Positions 1 through 10,622 of a stretch of 64,000 nt of DNA are shown piece by piece. How positions within the stretch are numbered: the stretch's first letter is position 1; each line of letters opens with the position of its first letter. Source of the stretch: Myxococcales bacterium (GTDB lineage: Bacteria > Myxococcota_A > Polyangia > Polyangiales > DASUME01); assembly GCA_047601445.1 (NCBI GenBank), contig JASGJH010000001.1:2464001-2528000 (forward strand). Reading direction: 5' to 3'. Position numbers and translations under genes: made by a program. Under the pieces are notes generated by a model. The model did no database searches. It worked only from the letters and a program-made list of their open reading frames with translations, and was not told where the DNA came from.

Positions 1-1542
1 GCGGCGGCGGGGCCCCTCGATTTGCAGGGGTTCGGCGACGAGTCCACGGGCTCTCGCCCCAAGCCCGAGAATGCCGCGCCGGCCGCGGCTCAAGCCAAGC
101 CGCCCGAGCCCAGGGCAGCGCCGCGCGCGCCCGCGCCGCCACCCCTGGCCCGCCCGGCCGGCGTGGCCGCCGCGCCAGGGCCGCTGCCCCACCGTCCGGG
201 CGGCGCCCCGGCGCCGAACACGGGCGCCATCCCGGCGCCGGCCGCCGCGCCCTCGCCTACCGCTCCACTGGCCGCAACGCCTGGAGCCCCAGCGCCCGCT
301 GCACCCTCCCCAGCCCCCGCCCCGAGCGTGCAGGCCGCGCCCGCACCCCCTCCCCGCGTACGGCTGGGCAGCGCGCCCGCCGAGATCTTCGAATCTCTGC
401 TCAAGCTCTCGCGCGAACAGCGCGCCAGCGACCTGCACGTCCTAGGCGACCGCTCGCCGACCCTGCGCATCGCGGGCGATCTGGTGCCCGTGGCCGACCC
501 ACTGTCGGCTTCGGTGGTGGCCGAAATGCTGCTCAACGTCGTGCCCGCCAGCGTGCGCGCCGACCTCGATCAGCACGGCGCCTGCGACTTTCCGCTGCTT
601 CATCCGACCCTCGGCCGGTTCCGCGCCAACGTCACGCGGCAGCGCAGCGGCTACAAGCTCACGGCCCGCCCGATTCGCGACACGGTGCCCACCCTCGAGG
701 AGCTCGGGCTTCCCAAGTCGATCGCCAACGCCACGCACCATCACCAGGGGTTGATCGTGGTCACGGGCCCCACGGGCCACGGCAAGACCACCACGCTGGC
801 CGCCATCGTCGACCTGATCAACCGCGAGCACACGCACCACATCATCAGCGTCGAAGATCCCATCGAGTACGTGCATCCACCGAAGCGCTCGGTGATCTCT
901 CAGCGTCAGGTCGGTGCACACACCAAGACCTTCGCGGCGGCGCTCAAGGGCTCGTTGCGCGAGGACCCGGACGTGATCGTGGTGGGCGAGCTCCGCGACA
1001 CGGAGACGGTGCGCATGGCGCTCTCGGCGAGCGAGACGGGCCACCTGGTGATCAGCACCATGAACACGCCCAGCGCGGCCAAGGCCATCGAGCGCTTGAT
1101 CGACCTGTTTCCCCCCGGAGACCAGCCCCAGGTGCGTATGACCCTCGCGGGCGGCTTGCGCCTCATCATCTCGCAGCGCCTGGTGCCCACCGCCGACCGC
1201 ACGGACCTCGTGGCCGCGGCGGAGCTCTTGCCGGGCAGCTCGCCGCTATGGGCCCTGATCCGCGACAACAAGACGTTCCAGATCCCGAGCCTGCAGCAGC
1301 GCGGCAAGGCCATCGGCATCGTGCGTCTCGACGACTCGCTGGCCGAGCTCGTGCGCACCGGCCGCACCAGCCTCGAGATTGCGCGCGAGTTCGCCGAAGC
1401 CCCCGACCAGTTCGACGCGCTCGTCACGCAGGCCCTCAACCCCGCCGCCGCGAAGCCCGCCCAGTTCGACCCGACGGGAGGCTCGCTGGGCAAGGACCTG
1501 TTCTCGAAGGCTGGCAAAATCTTCGGCAACGACCGCAAGTAG
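1..1542 (+). CDS. pilT: PilT/PilU-family ATPase with long Pro/Ala-rich N-terminal region (5' partial)
   Basis: Walker A GPTGHGKTT, Asp box VEDPIEY, Walker B REDPDVIVVGELRD. Frame is open from base 1, so the true start probably lies upstream of the window. Confidence 0.85.
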   Translation, partial: AAAGPLDLQGFGDESTGSRPKPENAAPAAAQAKPPEPRAAPRAPAPPPLARPAGVAAAPGPLPHRPGGAPAPNTGAIPAPAAAPSPTAPLAATPGAPAPAAPSPAPAPSVQAAPAPPPRVRLGSAPAEIFESLLKLSREQRASDLHVLGDRSPTLRIAGDLVPVADPLSASVVAEMLLNVVPASVRADLDQHGACDFPLLHPTLGRFRANVTRQRSGYKLTARPIRDTVPTLEELGLPKSIANATHHHQGLIVVTGPTGHGKTTTLAAIVDLINREHTHHIISVEDPIEYVHPPKRSVISQRQVGAHTKTFAAALKGSLREDPDVIVVGELRDTETVRMALSASETGHLVISTMNTPSAAKAIERLIDLFPPGDQPQVRMTLAGGLRLIISQRLVPTADRTDLVAAAELLPGSSPLWALIRDNKTFQIPSLQQRGKAIGIVRLDDSLAELVRTGRTSLEIAREFAEAPDQFDALVTQALNPAAAKPAQFDPTGGSLGKDLFSKAGKIFGNDRK

Positions 1543-1551
1543 GAGAACGTC

Positions 1552-2640
1552 GTGGCTCGCATCGATGCTTTGTTCGATCGTCTGATTGAGCTCAAGGGCA
1601 GTGACCTGCACCTCGGAGTCGGCGTGCCGCCCATGGGCCGCGTACGCGGCGAGCTCACCGCGCTCGAGCAGCGCAACCTCACCACCGCAGACATCGAGAC
1701 CTTGCTGTTCGAGATCACCACGCCAGAGCAGAAGAAGATCATCTGCGAGCAGTGGGACCTCGACTTCGCGCACCAGCACGGCACCAAGGCGCGCTTCCGC
1801 GCCAACTACTTCTACAAGCAGACCGGCCTGGCCGCGGTGTTCCGCACCATCCCGAGCAACGTGCTGACGCTGGACGACCTCAAGGTCCCCGAAGCCGTGC
1901 GCAAGCTGGCGGAGCGCCGCAGCGGGCTGGTGTTGGTCACGGGCCCGACGGGCTCGGGTAAGAGCACCACCCTCGCCGGCATGCTCAACCACATCAACCG
2001 CACGCGCGCCGCGCACATCCTCACCATCGAGGATCCCATCGAGTTCGTGCACGAACCGATCCGCTGCCAGATCACCCATCGCGAAGTGGGCCCGCACGCC
2101 TCGAGCTTCGCGAACGCCATTCGCTCGGCGGGCCGCGAGAACCCGGACGTGATCCTGATCGGCGAGCTCCGTACCAACGAGACCATGCGCCTCGCGCTGC
2201 AGCTCGCGAGCTACGGTGTGCTGGTGTTCGGCACAGTCCACACCAACAGCGCGCCTGCCACCATCGAGCGCATCATCAACGCCTTCCCCACGGACGAGCA
2301 GCCGCAGATCCGCGGCATGTTGGCCGAGAGCATGATCGGCATCGTGGCCCAGCAGCTGATCAAGACAGCCGATGGCAAGGGGCGCGTGGCGGCGCTGGAG
2401 ATCCTGATCGGGTCCCATGCGGTGGCCGCGATGATCCGCGAGAACAAGACCTTCCAGCTGGCCAGCATGATGCAAGCCGGCAAGGGCCAGGGCATGCAGA
2501 CCATGGATCTCGCGCTCGAGCGCCTGGCCAGGAACGGCACGGTCACGCCCGCGGCCGCACTCGAGAAGGCAGAGGACAAGGACTCGTTCCGCAAGCTGTT
2601 CCCGGCGCTCGGTAACGCCGAAGCGCCGCACGAGGCCTGA
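1552..2640 (+). CDS. pilT: PilT/PilU-family type IV pilus retraction-type ATPase
   Basis: GSDLHL N-terminus, GPTGSGKSTT, IEDPIEF, RENPDVILIGELR, GMQTMD. AGGAG RBS before GTG. Confidence 0.9.
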   Translation: MARIDALFDRLIELKGSDLHLGVGVPPMGRVRGELTALEQRNLTTADIETLLFEITTPEQKKIICEQWDLDFAHQHGTKARFRANYFYKQTGLAAVFRTIPSNVLTLDDLKVPEAVRKLAERRSGLVLVTGPTGSGKSTTLAGMLNHINRTRAAHILTIEDPIEFVHEPIRCQITHREVGPHASSFANAIRSAGRENPDVILIGELRTNETMRLALQLASYGVLVFGTVHTNSAPATIERIINAFPTDEQPQIRGMLAESMIGIVAQQLIKTADGKGRVAALEILIGSHAVAAMIRENKTFQLASMMQAGKGQGMQTMDLALERLARNGTVTPAAALEKAEDKDSFRKLFPALGNAEAPHEA

Positions 2641-2691
2641 GTCCCGCGCGCGTGGGCTCGCCCCACGAGCAAAGCAGCCTATGCTCTGCCC

Positions 2692-3426
2692 ATGACGCGC
2701 AGCGCCGCCGCTTTGATCATCGGCAACGAGATCCTGTCTGGCAAGGTCCCCGAGCAGAACCTGTTCGTGCTGGCCAAGGAGCTGTTCGCCCTGGGCGTGG
2801 AGCTCAGGCGCGTGGTGGTTTGCCCCGACGAGGTGCCCATCATCGTTCGAGATCTGCGCGAGCTCTCGAGCTCCCACGACGTGGTGATCACCAGCGGTGG
2901 TGTCGGGCCGACCCATGACGACGTCACCATCAAGGCCGTGGCGCAGGCCTTCGACACCGGCATCGTACGGTCACCGATCTACGAGACGCTGCTGCGCCAA
3001 CACTACGGCGAGCGTCTCACCGAGATGCACCTGCGCATGGCCGACGTGCCCCAGGGCTCGCGCCTGATCACCACCGCCGAGCTCAACTGGCCCACCATCG
3101 TGATGGCCAACGTCTACGTGTTCCCGGGCGTGCCGCAAATCTTCAAGCACAAGTTCTCGGTGATGCGAGAGGACCTCAAAGGCACCTCGCCGTTCTTCAG
3201 CCGCGCGGTCTACGTCGCGCTCGACGAACCGGCGTTGGCCGCCCTGCTGGATCGGCTCTCCGAGACCCACAAGGACGTCAGCATCGGGAGCTACCTGCAC
3301 TGGGGCAAGGACACCGACTATCGCACCAAGCTCACCATCGACGGCCGCACGCAAGCCGCCGTGGAGCGCTGCTTCGAGGAGATGGTGGCGGGCATCCCGC
3401 GTGAGAGCCTGGTGCGCAGCGAGTGA
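2692..3426 (+). CDS. CinA-like / molybdopterin-binding-domain protein (COG1058-type, no PncC domain)
   Basis: IIGNEILSG, TSGGVGPTHDDVT and FPGVP motifs. Confidence 0.8.
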   Translation: MTRSAAALIIGNEILSGKVPEQNLFVLAKELFALGVELRRVVVCPDEVPIIVRDLRELSSSHDVVITSGGVGPTHDDVTIKAVAQAFDTGIVRSPIYETLLRQHYGERLTEMHLRMADVPQGSRLITTAELNWPTIVMANVYVFPGVPQIFKHKFSVMREDLKGTSPFFSRAVYVALDEPALAALLDRLSETHKDVSIGSYLHWGKDTDYRTKLTIDGRTQAAVERCFEEMVAGIPRESLVRSE

Positions 3427-3460
3427 GGCGCAAGGCGCTGCCAGCGCGTTCGGATTGTCG

Positions 3461-3769
3461 CTAGGGCGGGACCGGGCGCAGCTTGATCTCCACGGAGGTC
3501 ACACCGGCTGGCAGCTCGAGCTCGAGGTCGTGCGGAAAGTAGTTGGGTGCCTCGACGGTGACGCGATGCTTGCCGGGAGTGACGGTGGCGGGCTGCTTCG
3601 CGAGCACCCGCGCGGCGCCCACGAAATGCTCGTCCACCTGCACGCTGGCGGTGGCCGGCTCGGCCACGATGCGCAGCTGGGCAGGCTTTTCTCGCGGATG
3701 CTGAGCGCCGCCGCAAGCAGCGGCCCACAACAGCCCCGCCAGGGACAGCATCGTGAAGCCGGCGCGCAT
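3461..3769 (-). CDS. Small PEGA-domain lipoprotein
   Basis: Signal ending WAAAC; AEPATASVQVD and TPGKHRVTVEAPNY PEGA-like pattern; ATG overlaps guaA stop (TGATG). Confidence 0.65.
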   Translation of the reverse strand: MRAGFTMLSLAGLLWAAACGGAQHPREKPAQLRIVAEPATASVQVDEHFVGAARVLAKQPATVTPGKHRVTVEAPNYFPHDLELELPAGVTSVEIKLRPVPP

Positions 3770-5316
3770 CACTCCCACTCGATGGTGGCAGGAGGCTTGG
3801 AAGAAATGTCGTAAACGACGCGGTTACAGCCGCGGACCTCGTTGATGATCCGGTTGCTCACGCGGGCCAGGAGCTCGTAGGGCAAGCGCGCCCAGTCCGC
3901 CGTCATGGCGTCCTTGGACTCCACGGCGCGTACGGCAATCGTGTACTCGTAGGTTCGCGCGTCGCCCATGACGCCCACGGAGCGCACGGGCAACAGCACG
4001 CAGAAGCTCTGCCAGAGCGCCTCATACAGGCCCGCTTCGCGCACTTCGTGATCGAGGATGGCGTCCGCTTCGCGCAGGATGCGCAGCTTTTCGGCTGTGA
4101 CCTCACCGAGGCAGCGAATGGCTAGACCCGGACCGGGGAACGGCTGACGCCAGAGCACGTGGCGCGGCATCCCGAGGGTGGCCCCCATCTCGCGGACCTC
4201 GTCCTTGAACAGCTCACGCAGGGGCTCACAGAGCGCCATCTTCATGGTCTCGGGCAAGCCGCCCACGTTGTGGTGGGTCTTGATCACCACGCTCGGGCCT
4301 CCCTTGAAGGAGATGCTCTCGATGACGTCGGGGTACAGCGTGCCTTGCACCAGAAAGCGCACGTCGTCGAGCTTGGCCGCCTCGGCGTCGAACACCTCGA
4401 TGAAGATGCGGCCGATGATCTTGCGCTTCTGTTCCGGGTCCGTGACGCCCTCGAGCGCGCTCAAGAACTGCTTGCCGGCGTCCACGTGGACGAGACGCAG
4501 GTGGAAGTGATCGCGGAACATGCGCACGACCTGCTCGGCCTCGCCCTGCCGCAGTAGCCCGTTGTCCACGAAGATGCAGGTGAGGCGATCCCCGATGGCC
4601 TTGGATACCAGCACGGCGGCCACCGAGGAATCCACGCCGCCGCTGAGGCCGCAGACCGCCTGGCTCTTGCCCACCTGCTCCTTGATCTTCTCGATGGTCT
4701 CTTCGCTGAAGGCGCCCGGCGTCCAGCTCGGGTCGCACGAGGCCACCTTGAACAAGAAGGCTGACAGCATCTCGGCGCCGCGATCCGTGTGCACCACCTC
4801 CGGGTGGAACTGCACACAGGCGATCTTGCGGGTCGCGTCGTAGGCCGCCGCGAACGGCGTGCTACCCGTGACGGCCAGCGTCACGAAGCCCGGAGGCAGC
4901 GCCTTCACGCTGTCGCCGTGGCTCATCCACACATCCACGAATTCGTCGGACTTGAAGCCGTCGAGCAGGCCCTCGCCGAGCTTCACCTGGATGCGGGCCG
5001 GACCGTACTCACGCTTGTCGGCGCGCTCGACCTTGCCACCCAGCAGATGGCAAGTGAGCTGCATGCCGTAGCAGATGCCGAGCATGGGCACGCCGAGCTT
5101 GAAAACACCCGGGTCGACCGTGGGGGCGCCCTCCTCGTACACACTCATCGGCCCGCCGGACAGCACGATCGCCTGGGGGTCCAGCGCTCGAATCTTCTCG
5201 AGCGAGAGGGTGCACGGGTGAATCTCGCAATAGACGCGTTGCTCTCGGATACGGCGCGCGATCAGCTGGGTGTACTGCGCTCCGAAGTCGAGGATCAGGA
5301 CAGGCTTTCGATCCAT
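3769..5316 (-). CDS. guaA: GMP synthase (glutamine-hydrolysing)
   Basis: [37 protein letters not shown]-terminal [10 protein letters not shown]. Start trimmed to MDRKPVL. Confidence 0.97.
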   Translation of the reverse strand: MDRKPVLILDFGAQYTQLIARRIREQRVYCEIHPCTLSLEKIRALDPQAIVLSGGPMSVYEEGAPTVDPGVFKLGVPMLGICYGMQLTCHLLGGKVERADKREYGPARIQVKLGEGLLDGFKSDEFVDVWMSHGDSVKALPPGFVTLAVTGSTPFAAAYDATRKIACVQFHPEVVHTDRGAEMLSAFLFKVASCDPSWTPGAFSEETIEKIKEQVGKSQAVCGLSGGVDSSVAAVLVSKAIGDRLTCIFVDNGLLRQGEAEQVVRMFRDHFHLRLVHVDAGKQFLSALEGVTDPEQKRKIIGRIFIEVFDAEAAKLDDVRFLVQGTLYPDVIESISFKGGPSVVIKTHHNVGGLPETMKMALCEPLRELFKDEVREMGATLGMPRHVLWRQPFPGPGLAIRCLGEVTAEKLRILREADAILDHEVREAGLYEALWQSFCVLLPVRSVGVMGDARTYEYTIAVRAVESKDAMTADWARLPYELLARVSNRIINEVRGCNRVVYDISSKPPATIEWE

Positions 5317-5357
5317 GGGCGGCCATGTACTACCGAGGCCAGGCAAACACAACCGAC

Positions 5358-6635
5358 TCAGAGATGATCGAGCAAGTAGAGCCAGGCGAAGTAGGCCACC
5401 GCGGTCAGCGCGCCCACACCCACATAGCGCCACGGAAAGCGGTGCTTGGGTCGTCGGCTTTCGAACGCTTGGGGCTCCCGCCCACGCGCGTCCGCGTGGC
5501 GCGGAGCGGGAGCGCGGCTGTGTTCGGACTGGTGCACGGCCCGGCCCACTGGCTCGCGCACTATTTGGCCTGTGGGAGGTCGATGGCTGCTCGGTCCGGG
5601 CGTCTCGTGCCAGGGCTGTCCGCTGGCGGCTGCGGGGGGCGGGGCGTAGGAGCCGGACGCCGGCGCCGGAGGCGCGTACGAGCTGGAGGAAGGCGCCGGA
5701 GGCGCGTACGAACCTGACGCAGGGGGACGCTGACTGGGGGCAGGAGCCGGCGCGGCCACCGAAGCGGGTGCCACGGGGGTATAGCCCTGCTGGGTCGAGC
5801 GCCGCTCGCGACCTGCGGGTTCGACACTCGGCTCGGGGGCCGACCCACGGGCCTCGGCCTGCTGGTGGGGAAAGCCCTGGATGGTGCGCTGGTCTTCATC
5901 CCCCAGGGAACCGCCGCCGACGCGACGCCCGCCCGGCAAGGCCACGCCGAGGCCCACGCCCATCAAAGTCTGGTTGGGTGGCGGGCCCGACCTGCCAGCC
6001 GGTGCAGGCGTTGACGGCGTCGCGGGGACACTCGGCCGCGGTCGGGCCGATGGGGAACTGGCAGGGGGTGGGGCCTCGGAGATGCCGAGCAGAGTGGCCT
6101 TGTGTGGCCGCTGCCCGCTTTGCTCAGCCTCGTCCTGGTTGACCGATGCCCGCAAGTGGGGCGGCAAGCTCGCGGCGTCGATGGGCGCCACCCCGAGCAG
6201 GGTGGCTTTGGCCGTGGGACGTGCGCTGGGCAGGCGCTCGGAGCTCATGGGCGGGAGTGGGGTGGGATCCTTGCGGTCCTTCCCCTGGGGAGCCGGCTGA
6301 ACGGCGGCTCCGGTCTCCACCACGATGGCGGCTTTCCCGAAGTCGATGCGCACGCGGCCCGTGAGGGCGCGCCACTGAGCGCCAACCAGAATGCCGTCCA
6401 TCCGGACGCCACCGGCACCGTAAACGTCGGCAATGCGTAGGACGCTGCCGTCCCAGTGCAGGGAGAAGTGCACGGGAGCCACGCCGATTTCCCGCACAAT
6501 CCAGTCGCAGCCAGGGCTCTGACCCACTGTCAGCGTGGTGCCACCGGCGGAACCCGTCAGCTCGAGATTCAGAGCCGTGGATTCGCCCTGCGCGAGTCTC
6601 AGTCGCGCCCAGGACTCCGGATCGCCTGCCGACAT
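5358..6635 (-). CDS. FHA-like domain protein with Pro-rich linker and C-terminal transmembrane anchor
   Basis: N-terminal beta-rich FHA-like pattern (TVGQSPGCD...HFSL...RIDFG), SYAPPAP repeats, C-terminal hydrophobic helix. Confidence 0.65.
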   Translation of the reverse strand: MSAGDPESWARLRLAQGESTALNLELTGSAGGTTLTVGQSPGCDWIVREIGVAPVHFSLHWDGSVLRIADVYGAGGVRMDGILVGAQWRALTGRVRIDFGKAAIVVETGAAVQPAPQGKDRKDPTPLPPMSSERLPSARPTAKATLLGVAPIDAASLPPHLRASVNQDEAEQSGQRPHKATLLGISEAPPPASSPSARPRPSVPATPSTPAPAGRSGPPPNQTLMGVGLGVALPGGRRVGGGSLGDEDQRTIQGFPHQQAEARGSAPEPSVEPAGRERRSTQQGYTPVAPASVAAPAPAPSQRPPASGSYAPPAPSSSSYAPPAPASGSYAPPPAAASGQPWHETPGPSSHRPPTGQIVREPVGRAVHQSEHSRAPAPRHADARGREPQAFESRRPKHRFPWRYVGVGALTAVAYFAWLYLLDHL

Positions 6636-6815
6636 CCGAACCCTGCCCTCCCCAAGCGCGCGTCGGCGCGCGTACTAACCATAGTCGCGCGTCACCACGC
6701 GAACGACCAGCTGGCCGGTGCTGGGCCCCAGGACCCCGGGCCAGTTCGCGAGGATGATGACATGAGCTGCCCGGTCGAGAAAGTCGCCGAGCACGCGAAA
6801 TCCGCGCGTCCGCGT

Positions 6816-7679
6816 TCAGGAGCGCGGGTCGAGGCGCTTGGGATCGCCCAGGATTCCGCGCTCCACGAAATCCGCGGCGAAGTGCCCGCAGTTGGCCGCC
6901 AGCTGCTCGACCTCGCGATCGTTCAAGCCCTCGGTCTCGATTTGGGGCCCCACGTAGACCTCGAGCGGGTGCGGGCGCACGACCCACTCCCCACGACGCA
7001 GGATTTGCCAAAGGCCGCGCACCGCAATGGGCACCACCGGGATGCCGCTGTCGCGGGCCATGCTGAAGAGCCCGCGCCGGTAAGGGAGCAGGCGGCCGTT
7101 CTGGGTGCGCCGTCCCTCCGGGAACCCGAGGATCGAGATGCCTCGCCGTACGCGGTCCTGAACCTGCGCCTTGACCATGTCGGCCTGGCCCTGTTCACCT
7201 TTGGTGACCCCGATGCCGTTGCCGCGCTTCATCAGCCAGCCGTAGACCGGAACGTTGAAGTGGTGAGCGTGCTGGATGCCGCAGAAGGCATGGGGAATGG
7301 CCCACAACGCCACGTGCGCGTCGAGGATGCTCGTGTGGTTCATGACGAACAGGCTGACGCGGTTCGGATCGAAGTCCTCGTGGTAGCGCAGCGAAGCCCG
7401 GCGCAGGGGGATGATCTGCGGCACCAGTCCCATCAAGGGCTGCGGCAGATGCGGCATGATCTTCTCGAACGGGACGAACAGAGAGAGCGGCACGCTGCTC
7501 ACGAACGCGGCCGTCATCAGCCCCACGGAGATGGGCCACGCACCGAGCACGGACCAGACCTTGTAGAGCGGCTCGAGCGGCGCATCGAGAGACAGCGGCA
7601 GCGGGTCCACCCCAGATTCCGGTGCGACGCCGGACTCGTGCTCTTTGAGTACCGCGATCGGATTCAGTCTCATACGCAA
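6816..7679 (-). CDS. Lysophospholipid / 1-acyl-sn-glycerol-3-phosphate acyltransferase (PlsC family)
   Basis: NHTSILD (HX4D), FPEGRR, IPVVP. Confidence 0.85.
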   Translation of the reverse strand: MRMRLNPIAVLKEHESGVAPESGVDPLPLSLDAPLEPLYKVWSVLGAWPISVGLMTAAFVSSVPLSLFVPFEKIMPHLPQPLMGLVPQIIPLRRASLRYHEDFDPNRVSLFVMNHTSILDAHVALWAIPHAFCGIQHAHHFNVPVYGWLMKRGNGIGVTKGEQGQADMVKAQVQDRVRRGISILGFPEGRRTQNGRLLPYRRGLFSMARDSGIPVVPIAVRGLWQILRRGEWVVRPHPLEVYVGPQIETEGLNDREVEQLAANCGHFAADFVERGILGDPKRLDPRS

Positions 7680-8572
7680 ACCTCGAGTGCCTGGTGCAGA
7701 ACTTCCAGCCGTTCAGGCCACACGGAGATCACCTCTCCATCAATCATAGCGTCCATCGGGCGATCGACCTTGAACACGATGCTGCGGGCCTGGCGGCTCT
7801 CCACAGCGGGGTGCGTCACGTGCGTTCCTTCGAAAATCTTCGGGAAAGTACTCAGAAGCCCGAAGCGGCTCAGCGCACCGACGCTGATCAACTCGGCCAG
7901 TCCGTCGCTGGCGTCCGCGTTGGGGGCCATCATCATCTTGCCGCCGGTGAAGCGGCTGTTGTTGATGGAGATGAAGGTCTTGGGCCGCTCGTCGAAGGAG
8001 CCGCCGTCGAGTGCCACCGGGATGGGGCGCGCCTCGAGGCCGATCAGCTTGGTGACCACGCCGAGCCCGTAGCCCGCCTCGCCGAAGCGCTTGAAGCGCT
8101 GGTTGGCGACCGTGCAAGCATCGGCCACGAAGCCGAAGCTCAAGATGTTGATGTAGAACAAGTCGCCGTCGCGATGCTTGAGCCAGATCACGTCGCAGCG
8201 GCGCCGCTTGCGCTCCATGAGCGCCTTTCGCGAATAGATGGCGCCCTCGGTGGTGAAGTCACGCAGGAAGGAATTGCCGGTGCCGAGCGGCAAGAAGCCC
8301 AGGGTGGGCACTTGCTTGGCGCGGAACGCCTCGGGAAAGAGTCCGTTGACGATCTCGAAGCCGGTGCCGTCGCCCCCCACGGCGATGAAGCGTCGCACGC
8401 CCTCGCTGAATGCTTTGCGCGCGACCTGCGTGGCCTCGCCGGGTGCACCCGTCTTGAAGACCGCGATGTCGAGCCCGGCCTCACGCAAGCTCGCCAGGGC
8501 GTCGTTCGCCTCTTTGCCGCAGCGCCCGCCGCCTGCCGCTGGATTGACGATCGCCAAGAACTGCTCGGCCAC
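7670..8572 (-). CDS. Diacylglycerol-kinase family lipid kinase (YegS/DgkB-like)
   Basis: IVNPAAG, GGDGT, PLGTGNSF, IDGE. Confidence 0.88.
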   Translation of the reverse strand: MAEQFLAIVNPAAGGGRCGKEANDALASLREAGLDIAVFKTGAPGEATQVARKAFSEGVRRFIAVGGDGTGFEIVNGLFPEAFRAKQVPTLGFLPLGTGNSFLRDFTTEGAIYSRKALMERKRRRCDVIWLKHRDGDLFYINILSFGFVADACTVANQRFKRFGEAGYGLGVVTKLIGLEARPIPVALDGGSFDERPKTFISINNSRFTGGKMMMAPNADASDGLAELISVGALSRFGLLSTFPKIFEGTHVTHPAVESRQARSIVFKVDRPMDAMIDGEVISVWPERLEVLHQALEVCV

Positions 8573-8652
8573 AATGCCCCCCTGGTTGGCTCGCGCCCTC
8601 GCGCGCCTCGTTCGGCTCGCGCTACGCGCGTCGCAGGCCGAATGCCCTTCGC

Positions 8653-10365
8653 TTACAGCGAGATCACCGCTTCGTCACGCGCAGTTTGCTTGGCCAGCTG
8701 TTTTGCCAGCTCCTCGCGCTTGATCTTCTGGGACGCGGTGCGCGGGAACTCCTGCCCCCAGACCACCACCCCATGCAAACGCTTGTACTCACTCAGCTTG
8801 GCGTTGAGCTTGCGCACCCGCGCCAGGAACGCCTGATCACAAGCCTTGTCGGGCTTGGGCCGCAGCGCGAGGACCAGCTGCTCGCCCACCAACTTGCCCG
8901 AGGGCCACACGTAGTTCGCCGCGAATACGCAGAACTCTTCTAGATCATCGTCGAGCTCCGCGAAGGCACTCTCGATGTCTTCGGGATAGACGTTCTTGCC
9001 GCCCGAGGTGACGATCATGTTCTTGGCGCGCCCGAACAACTTGAGGTGCCCGGAGGCGTCCATCAGGCCCAGGTCCCCCGTCTTGAGCCAACCGTCCTGG
9101 ATCGTGGCAGCGGTGAGCTCGGGGGCGTCCAGGTAGCCCTTCATCACAGTGGGCCCACGCACCCAAACCTCGCCGACTCCCTCGTCGTTGACGTCACGCA
9201 CCTCCACCTCGGTGCCAGCCACGGGCGGGCCCACGGTGTCGGCTCGGAACGGCTTGAGATCGTTGATCGAGATCACGGTGCCGGCCTCGGTGAGGCCGTA
9301 GCCGATCAGCACCGGCAGACCCAGGCGGTAGAAATACTCGGCGTTCTTGCGCTCCACGAAGGCGCCGCCCGCGAAGATCATGCGGAGCTTGCCGCCGAAC
9401 TTGTCGTGAATGGGCTTGAGCAGATTGCGCGAGAGGGCGTGCTGCGGCTTGCGCTGTGTGGCGAGCTCGTTGAAGTCCGAGAGTCGCTTGATCAGGGTGC
9501 GCTGCCAGTCCTCGCGCTCGTCGAGCTGCTCCTCGATCTTGGTCTCGAGGGCACGCAGGATGCGCGGCACCAGGGCCATGTGGGAGATGCCGTATTCCTT
9601 CATGGTCGGCATCAGGAACTCGGGCCGCAGCGTGCGCTGGTGCACCACGGCCGCGCCGAACAGGAAGGGCACGATGAACCCGCACATGAAGTCCACGGCG
9701 TGGTTCGTCGGCAGGATGGAGAAGTAGCGGTCCTCCTCCAGCATGGGGAACAGGCGCCCCAAGACCTCGGCCTGCGCGAGATAGTTGCCGTGCGTCAGCA
9801 TGCAACCCTTGGGCGTACCACTGGTGCCCGACGAGTACACGATGCACGCCACGTCCTCGCGCGTGCGCAGCCTGAACTCGAACCTGCCCGGCTCGAGCTG
9901 CTCGAAGCGCACGGCCGGCCCGAGATCCGCCTTCTCGGGCGCCTCGGTGACGATGACCTTGGTGCCCTTGATGCGGCCCAGGTCTTCCTTGAGCAGCAAG
10001 CGCCACACCGGGTACTCGGTGAAGAGGACCTGGGGGCGACAGTGCGCGAGCAGGTCGAGCTGCTCCTTCGCGGTGAGCTTGTAGTCGAGGGGCACCAGCG
10101 TGGCGCCGGCCCACAGCGCGCCGAGGCCGCCGATCACCCACTTGGACTGATTGCTCAGCAGCACCGCGCAGCGATCGCCCGCCTGAAAGCCGTTGCTCTC
10201 CAGGTGCGACGCGAAGTGCTCCGCCTTGCGCCGCAGCTCCGTATACGTGAAGCGTTCCTTCTCGCGGTGGCGGTCGGCCTCGATCAGCGCGGTGTTCGTC
10301 TTGTAGGTGAGCACGGCATCGCGCAGTGCTTCTCCGAGGCAAGTTAGGCGAGACAGGTCCAGCAT
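8653..10365 (-). CDS. Long-chain acyl-CoA/acyl-ACP synthetase (AMP-binding)
   Basis: YSSGTSGTPKG, GYGLTE, TGDLG, GKNVYPEDIE, ASQKIKR. Confidence 0.88.
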   Translation of the reverse strand: MLDLSRLTCLGEALRDAVLTYKTNTALIEADRHREKERFTYTELRRKAEHFASHLESNGFQAGDRCAVLLSNQSKWVIGGLGALWAGATLVPLDYKLTAKEQLDLLAHCRPQVLFTEYPVWRLLLKEDLGRIKGTKVIVTEAPEKADLGPAVRFEQLEPGRFEFRLRTREDVACIVYSSGTSGTPKGCMLTHGNYLAQAEVLGRLFPMLEEDRYFSILPTNHAVDFMCGFIVPFLFGAAVVHQRTLRPEFLMPTMKEYGISHMALVPRILRALETKIEEQLDEREDWQRTLIKRLSDFNELATQRKPQHALSRNLLKPIHDKFGGKLRMIFAGGAFVERKNAEYFYRLGLPVLIGYGLTEAGTVISINDLKPFRADTVGPPVAGTEVEVRDVNDEGVGEVWVRGPTVMKGYLDAPELTAATIQDGWLKTGDLGLMDASGHLKLFGRAKNMIVTSGGKNVYPEDIESAFAELDDDLEEFCVFAANYVWPSGKLVGEQLVLALRPKPDKACDQAFLARVRKLNAKLSEYKRLHGVVVWGQEFPRTASQKIKREELAKQLAKQTARDEAVISL

Positions 10366-10370
10366 GGCTC

Positions 10371-10607
10371 TCAGCGTCGGGTGTCGATGACTTCGGCCAA
10401 GCCCTCGAAGGTCTTGACGTCTTGCAGTTCGTAGTCCGGTACTTCCACGTCGAACTCGATCTCGAGTTCGCTCAAGAGCTCCAGCGCCTGCACGCTGTCG
10501 ATGCCGAGCGCGGCGAAGAAGTCGTCGCCCGGCTTGAGGCCGCTGGTGTCGACCTTGAATTTCTTGCCTGCCAGGGTGATCAAACGCTGCAGTGTGTCTT
10601 GGGACAT
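10371..10607 (-). CDS. Acyl carrier protein
   Basis: 78 aa acidic protein with LGIDSV phosphopantetheine site. Confidence 0.9.
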   Translation of the reverse strand: MSQDTLQRLITLAGKKFKVDTSGLKPGDDFFAALGIDSVQALELLSELEIEFDVEVPDYELQDVKTFEGLAEVIDTRR

Positions 10608-10622
10608 GGGGACTCTCGCTGG

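Noticed and set aside
1246..2916. Long antisense ORFs (also 15710-17635, 28940-30490, 50310-51710 and many others)
   Set aside because: Shadow ORFs typical of high-GC coding DNA, opposite genes with clear motifs.
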